Assembly (NCBI GenBank): GCA_965112735.1
Contig: OZ218956.1
Location: 3,224,001-3,288,000, forward strand
DNA: 64,000 bases
Direction of reading: 5' to 3'
From: Phaeosaccion multiseriatum
Lineage: Eukaryota; Protista; Ochrophyta, other classes
In this document: positions 24,501 through 37,248 of the stretch, piece after piece
Layout: each line of letters starts with the position of its first letter
How positions within the stretch are numbered: position 1 is the stretch's first letter
Program-made: the position numbers and the translations under genes
The notes under the pieces: generated by a model
The model's database searches: none
The model's input: the letters and a program-made list of their open reading frames with translations, nothing else
What the model was told of the DNA's origin: nothing

Positions 24501-27500
24501 TCGAGTCAATGCTCCAAGGGTACGGGGGCGGTCGCAGGGACTCTACGGGCTTTTGGCTCTGCTGCTGCTCGTCTCCTTCTTGTTCTGGCGCATCAGTCAC
24601 AACTGTCGGGGAGGCGGCGTGGTGACCCTGGCTACATCGTCTTCCTCGTCATCATCATCATCATCATCACCCTCCTCATCATCGCTCTCATCAACCGAAA
24701 CAACGAGTGCGCCTCTTACGACTACGGTGGCTCGTCGCCCCTCCGGCACGGAGCTTCACATGGCCATGATGCCCACCACACTCACACCCCGAAGCAGTGA
24801 CCGCATCTGGATCGGACTAATCACTCTTGGCATGTCGCTGGCGGCTTTGCTGGCCGCTTCGGCGCTGGCCTCGGCACTGATTGGCTCCTATGCTCTTCTT
24901 GTGGTGGCCGCCTTTATGGGGCCTGCCTTTTGGTTCCTCGCTGCCGGGTACAAGGCGTGGGAGGCTCGAGACTTTGATTTGGTCGTCACGGGCGTGGTGC
25001 CCAATGCGGCCGCGGTGCCCCAGAGGCATCCACGACGGTCCCCGTCAACCTCAACAGCCGGGGGCAGCGGCAGCGGCAGCGGGGGTGGGGGTGGTGGGGT
25101 AAGTGGGCAGCAGTCAGGCACCACAAGACCAGCGGAAAGGACAGGGGCGACGGGAGAAGGAAGGGCACCACAACCACAACCACAATCACAATCACAAATG
25201 GCGGCGACTTGGGTGCCTGGTTGGTACACCGCCTGGATGAAGAGGGACGTGGTGGCTCGCATGTGGATCACAGCCTTTGTGCTGCTGCTGCTCATGCTGG
25301 GACCGCTCTACTTTACGACGCTCCAGGGCTTGGGAGGTAGCCCGCAGACGGCCACGGCGGCAACTCTCACCTTGGTGTGTGCGTGTGTGCGTTTGTTTGT
25401 GTGTGTGTGCATGTTTGTGTGTGTGAATGTGTGTGCGCACGCGTGTGTGTGCGTGTTGTGTAGCCCCCCGACACCTTTGAAGCGCAGTCCCCTCCTCACT
25501 TTCCCCTCTCTCTTCCCCTGCCTCTCCCCCTTCCCCTTCCCCTTCCCCTCCTCTTTCCTCCCTCCTTCCCCTTCTCCTTCCCCATACGCCTCTAATGCCC
25601 ACTCCCGCAGCCCATGTGGACCTTAGCTGCCACGCTCTCCTTCCTCTCGTACCGAAAGTACTTTTACTGCACTCTGCCTCAACGCCAGCGGATATGCGGC
25701 TTTGTGCTCGCCTCGGTTCTTCTGCGCTATCTCCTCCTCCTCGTCTGGGCGGGGCTCTTTTGCAATTCAAAAGCCATCATGGGTGGAGGGGAGGGGCAGC
25801 TGCGCGTCGGTATTCTGTGCGGTCTGGCCTTTCTATCGGCGGATGTGTGGGTGTTTGGCTTGGGTATGTGGAGAGAGGACAGCTGGAACTTCCTTCGGAG
25901 TCGGGGCACGCGGTTCTTCCTAGCATTGGCATGCGTCCTGACACTCGGTTGCGTGGCGGTGCTGGCGGTGCTCTTCGAATTCTGTGAGTGGCGCGACGAC
26001 GATGAGGAGGAAGACGAGGGGGGCGAGGAGGAGGAGGAGGAGGAGGAGGAGGGGGTGGAGGGAGGAGGATGAGGAGGCGGAGGAGGAAAATGGAGTGTGC
26101 AGAGGAAAGTTTAGTTAAATTCTTTTACTTACAAGGCGGCCTTCCTCCCTACCTCCCTCTCTGCCTCCCTCCCTGCCTCCCTCCCTCCCTTCCCTCTTCC
26201 CTCTCTCCCTCACCTCACGCCCCACACCCCCAGACATCACGGCATCGGTAGCGGCGGGCACCATCCTTCTGTGCATCTGTTTCGCGTACGTCTTGCACCA
26301 GTGGCGATGGGACAGCTTCCATCTCAGCTCACGCTCTCGTGCGAGCATCACCTTCCTCGTCTATGGCATTTGCGGCGTCGGGGTGGCCGGTGCCTGGCTG
26401 TCCAACTCGGCCCGTAAGAGCTTTGTCATCTACTCCTTCAGCTGGCTCGTCCTCACCTCTTACCTCGTCGCCATTGCCATTCGCTCGGAGGTGGTGTCAT
26501 CGATGGCACCCGATGGCACCAACAGCTTCTTTGGATCCGGGTCGCTCGATCGTCGTGTGTTTTCTCCGTCGCTCTTCCCTGTCTACCGCCTCTTGCAGCC
26601 TCGGGCCTACACCCCCCCCGCCCATAACACCGCGCCTCACCGCCACTTACTTGGCCAAGCCAATCGAGGCCCGGCCTGCTTTCTAGGGGCGCTTGGTATG
26701 GTCTTTGTGTGGGGAACATGGTCGGCGGTCCTTCTGTCCCCTTCTTGGGTCGGCCTCTTTACGGCTAGTCTCAGTGTGGTGGTGGCCGCCCTGTTTGCTG
26801 CCTATCGAGCGGTGGCGTCAGTGGACTCCTTCCTGTTGGCGATGGAGTTTGCGGATACGGCCATGGTGCAGACGGCGTGGGTTGATGCCGTGGAGGAGGA
26901 GCTGAGGAGCGACGACTATCTCGAAGTTCCCTTGCCTGAGGAGGAGGGAGGAGGAGGAGGAGGAGGAGGAGGAGGAGGAGGAGGAGGAGGAGGAGGAGGG
27001 AGGAGGAGGAGAGGAGAGTGTCCGTCCCAGAGGGAGGTGCTGACGGCCTTTAGGTGCTGGAAACAGACGGTGGCACAGCTCGACACGCTCGAGGAGGCAC
27101 TCCGCTTATCGAAGAAGGAAAACAGCAATTGGAAGACTCGAGCGTGGTCCAACCCCATGCCCTGCTTGGGGTGCTGCTGCTCGTGGGACATCGAAGGTGA
27201 GAGGGGATGGCAGCAGATGGGGTGGGGAAGGTGGGTGGGTGGGTGGGTGGGTGGGGAAAGGAGTGGGCTGTTCCGAGACTTTGATCGAAGAGAGGACGCG
27301 ACAAAAGCAGAGAGCAAGAGAGTGTTTGGGCCGAGAGCACAGTGCATGGGTAGGTAGGGGTTTTGGTGGGCTTCTTCCTGGGTAGTTATACGCCAACTCA
27401 CACGTGACGTTTTGTGTTTGTGTTGTTTGCGTTACCTAATTTGTGTTGTTGCCGTCATTACCATTTCCTTTTGTCCTTCCTTTATGCCGCGCACAATATG

Positions 27501-30500
27501 ATGATGCCTCTCCTTTTTCAGAGGGGGCGGAGGTCTTCGCAGAGTACGGAGGCGGGGATGACAGGGGACGGCGACCAACGGGCCCGCGGACAGATGAAGT
27601 GGGCAAGATATTTTCACACGACACGGACGCCATTGTCGTGAATGAGAAGCTTCATCGCCTTGTGGCGCTGTTTCAACTACTGCTCTTTGAGGAGGGAAAG
27701 AGGAGGGAGCAGGAGGAGCGGGCGGACTTTGAGAACTACTTGAGTGATATGTTAGCCATCGGGGGAGGAGGAGGAGGAGGAGGAGGAGGAGGAGGAGGAG
27801 CGGCTGCATCGGTCATTGGGGAGCGGGGCGACTGGGAGGAGGAAGAGGAGGAAGAGGCAAGGGACAGGAGGAGGAGGAGGAAGAAGAGAAGTGCGTTCTT
27901 CCGGAAGGAATCAGAGGGGGCGACGGCGGCAGCTGCCGCTGGAGGAGGAAGTGCGATGGGGGGAGGGACGCACTATATGCGCTGGAGTGACAGTCGAGAC
28001 AGACAGCGACTGCTGCAAGAATTCAGGCTGATGCGGTATGCGCAGCGCAAGACGGTGGAGAAGAACAGGAGGAGGGCGGCGATAGCCCAGCAGAGGGAGC
28101 AGAAGCAGCAGAGGGAGGAGGAGGGGAGAGGGGAGGAGAAGGGGTCCTCCCCAGATGCAGCAGTTGGTGATATGGCAGGGACAACAGCAAGCCACCCACC
28201 ATGGAAGTGGTTGGGCGAGGTAGTCGTGGCGGCTCCCCACGCCTCCCCAGCAGCTCTGATGGAAGCAGAGGCAGACCTGAGGTGCCGTAGCGCCAACGAG
28301 TCCGACTCCGCTCTCTTGGGGGGCAGCAGCAGCAGCAGGGCCATACACGTTGAGATCGACGTCAGCGCTGTGGTGGCCAGGTGTCAGGACGAGCACGGAA
28401 AGTTCCGCGACCCCGTCTTCCCTGCCTCCTCCTCCTCCTCCTCCTCCTCCTCCTCCTCCTCCTCCTCCCGTCTTCGACCTCTTGGGCCCGAGCTGGAGGC
28501 ACGCCTGGGTAGTTACACGTGGCGGCGCCTCGTTGATGTGACGCACGACATTCCGGGCGGCGGGGGGTGTGCAGATGTCTCGGCCATCACCGAGGCAGGC
28601 TTACCGAAGCCTTTCGGAGAGACGTCGTCATCATCACCCTCTTCTTCTCTCCTTCTCCTGGCGGACGACCTATCTACAGGCCCCTCCCGCTTTCTCTCCG
28701 ACGGCGACTTTTGGAGTGCGGTGTCGATGGTCGCTGTATCTCGACCCGATCTCCTCAGCCGCCTCTTCCTGCCCGCCTCTCCGGGTAAAGGCGGCTACTA
28801 CCTGCTGCGCTTCTGGAAGGGAGGGGTGTGGCGCCAAGTGTTGGTGGATGACTATCTGCCCACGTTGGATGAACGAGGAGGTCGAGTGGCGTTTGCGAGG
28901 GCCGCGAGGGATGGACAGCCGTGGATGCAAATCATTGAGAAGGTAAAGAACTGTACTGACGGACTGCCTTACCCTTACCCTCCTGCTTTTGTGTCCTGCC
29001 CTTCTGCAGCGTGTCTTACCTCTGTTACCTAGACGTCGCCTCGAACAAATACCCCCCCCCCCCCCCCTGCGGGCGCCTCTCACACCCACCTCCCCCACCC
29101 CCCCCCACCCTCCCCCTCTCGTTCGTCGACCCTCTCCTCTCCTCACAGGCCTATGCCAAGCTTCACGGAAGCTTCGATCACCTGGAGAACCAACAGCTAC
29201 ACCAACACCAACACCAACACCAAGGGCCATCGCGTCTCAACCGCGTCCCTACGGCTCTGGAGCATCTCACAGGGAGCTTGGCCTGCGAACAGCAGCGCCT
29301 AGACGACCCCGGGGTGAGAGAGGCCGTCGCCCAAGGCAGTTACTGGGCCTACTTGGTCTCGCTGTTCGAGCAGGGGCACCTACTTGCGGCGGCCCGGAGG
29401 TCTGCTGAGCGAGGGCAGGAGCAGGGGAAGGGTGTGGGTGCGGGTGCCCAGCAGGCGGGCGGCTCTCGAGCAAGTAGCAGCAGCGGGGTTGGTGGCGTTG
29501 GTGGTGGTAGCAAGGGCAAGGGAGGACAACAAGGCGCCTTCTTGTCGTCCGCGGCGGCGGTGGCGGCGGAGGACGGGGGGATGAGTGCATTGGGGGGCCG
29601 TGCGTGTACGATTGTGGAGCTGGCGAGAGATCCATCGGAGGGCACTTGTCTCATCAAGCTCAAGAACCCCTGGAGAGTGGGGCCCGGCACCCCGGGGGGT
29701 TGGACCTACCACACCATGTAAGTTTCAATTTCGGTTTTTGTGGTGTTGACAGTTTCAGCAACTATCGAGGAATAGAGGGAAGGGCGAGGGGGAGGGGTTT
29801 GCTTCACGGGGGTTACGGGGCGTGGGTGGTGCTTTGTGTGTGTCACAGATGAGGGTGGTGTCTCTATGCTTCCTTGCACCTCTCTCACCCTCTCCTTTCT
29901 CTTCCTTGTCTCTGTCCTTCCTTTCTCTGATTCGATGCCATGCGTGGCTCGCGTTAGGTGCACCCGGAGGCTCGATGGTGGAGCAGCCGCACGGCTCAGA
30001 CGCTCTAGTCTAGGGTCTAGTGCAGCAGCAGCAGCAGCGGCGGCGGCGGCGGCGGCGGCAGGAGCAGCGACAGGAGCAGCAGGAGCAGCAGCTATGAACT
30101 CTAACGCGTCATTCGGCTCCTCCACCACCTCGCTCGCCACCAACGCCGTTCCCTATTGGGACGGCACGTTTTGGATGCCACTGGGGGACTTTACTCGCCT
30201 CTTTGACACGCTCTACATTGGTCGTGTGTTTGACGACTCGCGGGCAGGGGCAGAGATGCGGCTGTATCGGAGCAGCACCGGTAGCGCGGGCCTGAGTAGG
30301 GGAAGCAAGAAGGGAGGCAAGGACAGCTGGGTGCGGCGGGAGGTGTCAAGCGCGTGGGATCGATGGAGTGCCGGGGGAAGCTGCAACACCTCCTTCGTGC
30401 GATACAATCCACAGTTCTTCATCAAGGCGAGCAGGCCGCAGGTCGTCTTTCTGACGCTTCGTCTAAGGCGTCCGCTTCCGCCTACGGACGAGGGGGAGGA

Positions 30501-30921
30501 TGGCTTTGGTGAGGTGGAGAGGGGCGGCAACACCACCGCCAGCGCCAGTACCAGCAGTAGCACTGGCATCACGTTTGGTATAGTTGTGCTGGACAACGCT
30601 GGGCAAGTTGTGAAGGACCGGCCCAGACGTAAGCAAGCCGTCGCCATGAGCCAATACGTAAGGTACAGGGATGGGGACGAGGAAGCACGAATGGACCACC
30701 ACACCGCCCCCTCCTCCTCTTCGGGCGATGATGGGGCGGGCTTGAGCATGTGTATGGTGCACTTGGAGCTCGCTCTGCAGCCGGGTCGAGTGTACACGGT
30801 GGTACCCACGACGCTGGAGCCGGGTGTAGAGAGGGCCTTCGTTGTGACGGCGGTGTCCGCGCATGACTTTTCGCTGACGCCAGCGGCGGCGGAGGTAGCG
30901 TCAGGGCCGGCGTTGGGATGA
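21558..30921 (+). CDS. DEK1-like multi-pass membrane calpain (TM region + CysPc + domain III/C2L); catalytic Cys and His substituted
   Basis: Many hydrophobic helices, including a DEK1-like FSPSLFPVY segment. CysPc motifs: FRDPVFP, WRQVLVDDYLP, WMQIIEK|AYAKLHGSF, LEHLTG, LIKLKNPW, DGTFWM. Domain III: WDRWSAGG..YNPQF, YTVVPTTLEPG. True start uncertain (possible ATG at 21337); one frame break near 24304-24314. Confidence 0.82.
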
Positions 30922-31361
30922 GTTGGAAGGGCAGGACAGCAGTGGTAGAGCATTGGGAGGGAAGGCAGTGAGTAGGCTTTTAAGAGAGGGGAGAGAGGGG
31001 GGCGGTGGGCGGACTCGTGTGGGCGAATACAGTGTACGGGCAGTGGCCAGTCACGAGCGACAGAAATAGAGATGAAAGCCTTTCTTCTTCACGGAGCTGT
31101 CTTTGTGTGTGTTTGTGCAGAGCCTGCGCTCGCAGAGAAGCTAATCACCAATTGTGACTCTCCTGGAGGACCACTACTCTCCCCCCCCTTCCTCTCTTTT
31201 TTTCCCCCCTCCTTTCTCCTCTCCATCTCCTCTCTTGTATCTGGGGGCATCCCACCTTGCTTCTTGTTGGTTTTGTCTCCTTATTGCCGCTCTCTATGTG
31301 TGAGATTTCAGTTTTGGGTTGGGAGGGACAGGAGGGAGCGGGTTAAGGGGGACTGGGAACC

Positions 31362-32581
31362 ATGGCGCGCCGTGTTGGTATTGAAGTGTGCTGTGAGGGT
31401 GCTGTGAACGCTGCTGCTGCTGCTCGAGGAGGAGCCAGTCGCGTAGAGCTGTGTGCCAACTTGGGGGAAGGCGGCGTCACTCCATCCGTCGGGGACGTGA
31501 TGGTCGCGGTGCAGGCAACAAAGGCGGCCTCATCACAGACTGAGATACACGTCTTGGTAAGAGGCCCATAAAGAGATAACCCACCCATCCCTACTGTATT
31601 CCTACTGATAGACCTAACAACCTTGGTCCTCTATGGTATGGCAGATTCGGCCGCGTGCTGGAGATTTCTGCTACAGGGAGGAAGAGGTCGCCGTGATGAA
31701 GGCAGACATCGAGGCCTGTAAAAGGTATGCAAGAGGCATCGCCTTGGCATGGCTCCGGCGGAAGAGTTGTCGTCGCAGACCGATGGGCTTTGCTCCTCCG
31801 CTTGCTGCGGAATGAGTAAACACAAACCTCTCGCATCAAGAATCACCAAAAGCTTTTCTCCTTCCGGCCCTGTCCCTCCCCCGTCGCCCCCCTCCCCCCA
31901 CCCCTCCCTCCCAGAGCTGGGGCCAGTGGCGTGGTCATTGGTGCGCTGAACCCCGACGGCAGCATCAACAGGCCTCTCCTGCGCGAGCTCGTCGACCTCG
32001 CAAGGCCCGAGCTCCACGTCACCTTCCACCGAGCCTTCGACGTGTGCTCCACCCCCCCCCTGGAGGCTTTACACGAGCTCCGAGCAGTGGGCATACACAG
32101 ATTGCTCACATCCGGGCGAGCGGCTTCGGCCTGGGAGGGCCGGGAGATGCTAAGGCAGCTTGTGGCGGAGGCCAGCAGAGGCAGGGGCAGCGGCGGCAGG
32201 GACAACGGCGTCTCCATCATGGCGGGGGGAGGGGTGACGCTGGAGACGGCAGTGTGGCTGACGGAATACTGCAAGGGTCACAGCCAGCAGCCGCAAGGAG
32301 GAGGGTGCAAGGAAGGGGGAGGTGGCGGGGAAGGTGAATCGGCGTCTGCTGGTGACGAGGCATCGGCATTGATAGACATTCACGCCGGAACGTGCTGCAG
32401 AGCTGCTGATGCAAGTGCTGCAGGAGCAGTACAAACAGGAGAAGGAGTGAGAGGGAAGGGCAGCCCATGGGGGGTGGACAGACAGATCGATGAGGCGAAG
32501 GTTCGGGCGCTGTGTGACGTCGTGCGAAAGGCCAGCGCAACGTCACGCGCCGCCGGAGAAGGGGCGCTGGAGCGAAACTAG
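31362..32581 (+). CDS. cutC: Copper homeostasis protein CutC (3 exons)
   Basis: IEVCCE..GASRVELCANLGEGGVTPS..HVL|IRPRAGDFCY..MKADIEAC|GASGVVIGAL..VTFHRAFD..RLLTSG..IMAGGGV; GT-AG introns. Confidence 0.93.
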
Positions 32582-32866
32582 CGTATAGATGCTTTGCTCT
32601 GTGGTATTAGTAGATGCATATGTACGCATTAGAAGTGTGTATACATGTGGCTGGGGTGGGAACGGTGCGCCGTAAGTGACTTACGATAAAGAAGGTTCCT
32701 TAATTGACGGGGAACATTCCAGCCCCACACGGCGCCCACCGACGTATCGTTCGGAGAGTAGGGCATCCTCCTCCTCGCCTCTCTTCTGTCCTTTGTCGTG
32801 AAGGGCAGCTGGTCTTGCTCTTCCTTTCTTATCTCCCTGTGGCCCTCTCTCTTTCGCTCAGCGTGC

Positions 32867-34927
32867 TCAAAGCACCATTCCTAGGCTAGCGGCTCCGCTG
32901 GTGGTTAACGGCGACACCTCCTTCTCTCCCCTGAAGTTGCAAGACCCTTGCGGGTGGTGGCCAGTGTAGTAGGGAAGACTGCCGCCGTGGAAGTTCATCA
33001 GGAGGTTCAGGTGCCGTTGCTGTGGTGGACGAACAAGCATGTGTTGGGTCGTGTGGAGAGCAACATTTGGGTCGTGAATGGGGGAAAGGGGGGGGCAGGC
33101 GGGCATGGTAGGTAAGGCGAAAGAGTAGCACAAGAAGGGGTAGGGTTTTGGGAATGAAAGCACCAGGCGGTGTTGCCGGCCCCTGACAATGCGGTGCTTT
33201 GGTTCCCGAACTATTGAGCCATACAAAGACTCTTGATTTGAAGCCTCTTTGCTCTTGGACCCACCCTCTGGTAGCCCATTTCTTTTCTGAAACGTGCTCC
33301 CAGAGGGGGTCACGACTTACCCGGCCTTTGACAAGGTCTCCATGCTGCACGGCGCGGGCATTGGTCTTGCTGTGAGGGATGAAGCCTGACAAACGTACGG
33401 TGGGGTATGCATGGTGGGGCGCGTGAGAGAGTGGAGGAAGGAGGCAAGGGGAGGGAGAGCACGGAGGACGTGGTTGAGGCAAGCCTTGGGCAAGGACAGG
33501 TCTGTCTTCTTCCAGAGGTGTTGATCCCTACTTTGCTCATTCTTCCTTCTTTCCCTCCTTCCCTCGACCCAAAGCAATGTTGACCTCTTCCAACCTCCCT
33601 CGCCCCCCCATTGAGACTGAAAGGGCGGGAGAGGGGAGGAAGATGATCAAACCGATCGCCCCCAACGCCCCAGGGCAACAAGGGGAGTGACTTGCGAGGC
33701 TTGAGTGTGTGTGTGTGTGTGTTTGTGTGTGCGTGTGCCTGTGTGGTGACTCCAGAACCACCGCCAAGCCGGCAAGCACCGCATCCATCGATCCAACCAT
33801 CGATCCACCGAAACAATAGGTGGCAGCAGCACTCACTCACTCACTCACTCAGTCCCTCCCTCCCTCCCTCCCTCCCTTCCTCTCTCATTCCATCACTACT
33901 CATGCACGCACTCACCGCAGTAGCCCGGTATGTGGTAAGTGTCTTTGCTTGTACCCGTCATGAGGTCCTGGCTGGAGGAGAGCATACCGCACTTGAATAC
34001 GATGGGGCGGTTTGCGGGCACGGTCCCATACGTGCCAATGTCGGTCGTATAAGTGCTCATAGTGGGCTTGCCACCCTGCACCGTGGCTTTCTTCGCTGCT
34101 GCTCCCCACACCCACTCTGGTCGAGTCACCTTTGTCGTCTCCACGTCGCACAACAGGCCCAATCGGAAGCGGTCAAGAGCGGCCGACATGTCGATCCAGG
34201 TCACGTGTCCGTCTCTGTTGTTGTCAAAATACTTTGTCATCTTGTCAATGACCCACTGAGGTACGTCATTTCCATGCACCTCTCTCAGCAGCTCCTTCAT
34301 TCTCCGGTAGCTGACATAGCCCCTGCCCTCCGCCAGACCTTGGAAGGCCTGCTTGTAGTCTTCGATAGGCACCGTTGCGAGGTGCTTGCACTCCACCTTA
34401 AAGTCGTGAAAGTTCGTGGTGAAGACGCTGGCGTGGATGAACTCCTTGTTCTTTCGGTGGGTGGCGTCGTGCTCCATCTTCTCGGCCTGCCAGTAGAGGT
34501 GGGTCCGCAGAGAGAGGGGAAAGAGGTTGTTAGTCAAGGGCGAGCCCACCGGTGCACACGCTCCGCCTTGTTCTCCTTCTCTACGCGGCTGCAATGACAG
34601 CAACTTACCCTTACACCTCTCCTATCCGGGACCCTACAGTCTGCCTTTGTTACGACGCTGTATGCCTCTCCATTTATTGTCCTGTGGGGGTCAATCTCGG
34701 CAGGGAGCTTCGATCTGTACACCAGCCCTTCTCCCGTCGCCGAAAACTTTGTATCTCGGCTTCGCAGAGTCTCCCCTGGCTTGAGACTAGGCGGTCGCCG
34801 TGACGACGCAGCCTTAAAGCCCTGGTGGCCAGTGTGCAGATTCGACATCACGTACTCCTCCTCCCGCCTGACCTCTCTGAAGGACAGGATTTCTGAAACG
34901 CGCGGGTTTCTCCGACGGGGTGGTCAT
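32867..34927 (-). CDS. EF-hand protein with C-terminal PGYxG-type motifs (possible axonemal microtubule inner protein), multi-exon
   Basis: EF loop FDNNRDGHVTWIDM; motifs YHIPGYCG|FIP and LPYYTGHHP; exons bounded by GT-AG. Function and start codon are inferred. Confidence 0.6.
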
Positions 34928-35158
34928 GTACGATACCTTCCCCTCTCGGACCACCTCGAGCTCCTCGACCTCATTTATACAATAGACTACGATAATATAG
35001 CCAAATAACACCCTGCTGCCTCCCTCTTCGACTCGCGCTCCGGTGACTTCCAGGGGGCAGTGGCTGAGGCGAATGGAAAGGGTACAAGAGGAGGGGGCCG
35101 GGAAGGGAGCTTCTCAAGGGAACAAAGGGTAAAGAGGAGCAAACGTTGCGGCAATTCA

Positions 35159-37173
35159 ATGTTAACAATGACTCGCTTAGCTCTGCCGGTGGTGCTAGTG
35201 GTGGTGTTGCTTCTGCTAGGTGAACGCAGCCGCCTCGTCAGCGCCGTGCGGGTGCTTCCCTCCTCAGCGGAGGGAGGAGCAACAGGGCAGGTTGGTGTGC
35301 CGCAGATAGCAGTGCTCGAGCACGGACAGGAAGAAGCAGGATGGCGGGGAGAGGGAGGAGGGTCAGAAGAGTGGCGAAAGGGGGCGGTGGAAGGGGAGGG
35401 GGAGGTGGATCTGGCCATGGAGGAGGAAAGGGCAGAGGAGGAGAGGCACGAGCAACGTAGGCGCCTCATGTCCCGCAATCAGAGCCAGCAGGACAAGATC
35501 TACCACACCTCTTTGAAGAAGAGGAAGAAGAGGAAGGAGCTGCAGCAGAAGCTGGGGCACCCCGTCAGAGGCGGGAGCAACGGCGACGGGGGCGGCGACG
35601 AGTGGACCGAGAGCAACGGGGCGGGGGGGATTGGCATCACGGCGGACGATCATCTAGTCACCAGCTTACCCGGGCTGCCCGAGGGGGCTCTGGCCGAGCG
35701 CCAGTGGGCGGGCCTGATGCCCGTGGTCAAGGGGAAGCTCTTCTACTGGCTCTTTGAGGCCGCCACGGTACGTGTGTGTGTGTGTGCGTGGAGTGCGTCG
35801 AGTGTGTGAAATATGTGTGTGGGTGTGTACGTCGCTGTGTGTGTATATATCTTCGTGTGTGCGTAAGCATGTGTGTGCAGGTGTGTATGCGTGTGTGTGC
35901 CTGTGTAGTGTGTGTGTGTGTGTGTGTGGCACTGCCGCTTGTGGTCCTCCCCTGCATACCCGCCCACGTGTCCACATGGGGTAGTTCCGCCCACTCCCTT
36001 CCGCCCTCCACCCCCCCCCCCCCCTGAGTACAAACACCACCTGCCCCCACCCACCTATATCACTTCACTTTTTATTGCTTGGACACACGCACACATCATC
36101 ATCATCACAGGACCCTGCCAATGCCCCTCTGGTCATTTGGCTCAACGGCGGCCCCGGCTGCAGCAGCATGGATGGACTGTGGCTCGAGAATGGACCTCTT
36201 CGCCTCGCTCTAGGTGCTCATGATCAACCGACAGTTAGCACCAACCCTCACAGTTGGCATACAGTGGCCAATGTGCTCTATGTGGATCAGCCTGTGGGCA
36301 CGGGGCTGAGCTTTACGCCCTCGAACTTTTACGCTGACGACGAGGGGGGCGTGGACGAGCAGTTCTACACTTTCCTGCAAGGGTGAGGGAGGGAGGGAGG
36401 GAGGGAGGGAGGGAGGGGGAGGGAGAGAGGAGAACACAGAGAGACAGGGTGAAGAGCAAGCATGGAGGGGGTGGTGGTGGGGGCGGCTCTCTCTCTCTCT
36501 CTCTCTGCCTCTCTGTCCCTCTCCTTATTCCTACCTTGCTCCTTCCGTATTGCGGCCCCAGCAGACTGACCTGGACCCCTCCTTTGCTCTCCCTTCTTGC
36601 TCTCCCTCCTTTGATCTCCCTCCTTTACTCTCCCTCCTTTGATGCCCCTCCCTTGATGTCCCTCCTTTGCTCTCCCTCTCTTGATGCCCCTCCCTTGCTA
36701 TCCATCCTTTGCTCTCTCTCCTTGCTCTCCCTCCGTTGCTCTCCCTTCCTTGCCCTCCTTTGCTCTCTCCCCCCTCGCAGCTTCTTTGCCGTGTATCCGT
36801 CCTTCCAATTCGCCGACGGGGCTGGAGCGGCAACGAGCCGGCCTTTGTACTTCACAGGAGAGAGTCACGCAGGGCACTATATCCCCGCTATGATCGACCA
36901 CATACTCGCTCAGAATGCAAAGGTGAGCTCTCCTCTTGAGGTGCTGACCGACCAACTGTCCGACCGACTGACGGGCCAAGTAACCTACATGGATGGTTCT
37001 GTGGGGGGCAACGGGAGGGAGCGGGCAGGAGAGGGGGGGACTGATGCTATTCTCTTCAGAGTTGAGCTTTGCTACGTAAGGCTTGGAGCTTGTAGTAGTT
37101 CACTCCACTCACCTTCACTCACTCACTTACTCACTCTCTTCGTTCATGCCTGCACCCCTTGCTGCGACTTCCA

Positions 37174-37248
<75 letters not shown>

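Noticed and set aside
31362-32581. CutC as a recent bacterial transfer
   Set aside because: It has two spliceosomal introns, and CutC is widespread in eukaryotes.
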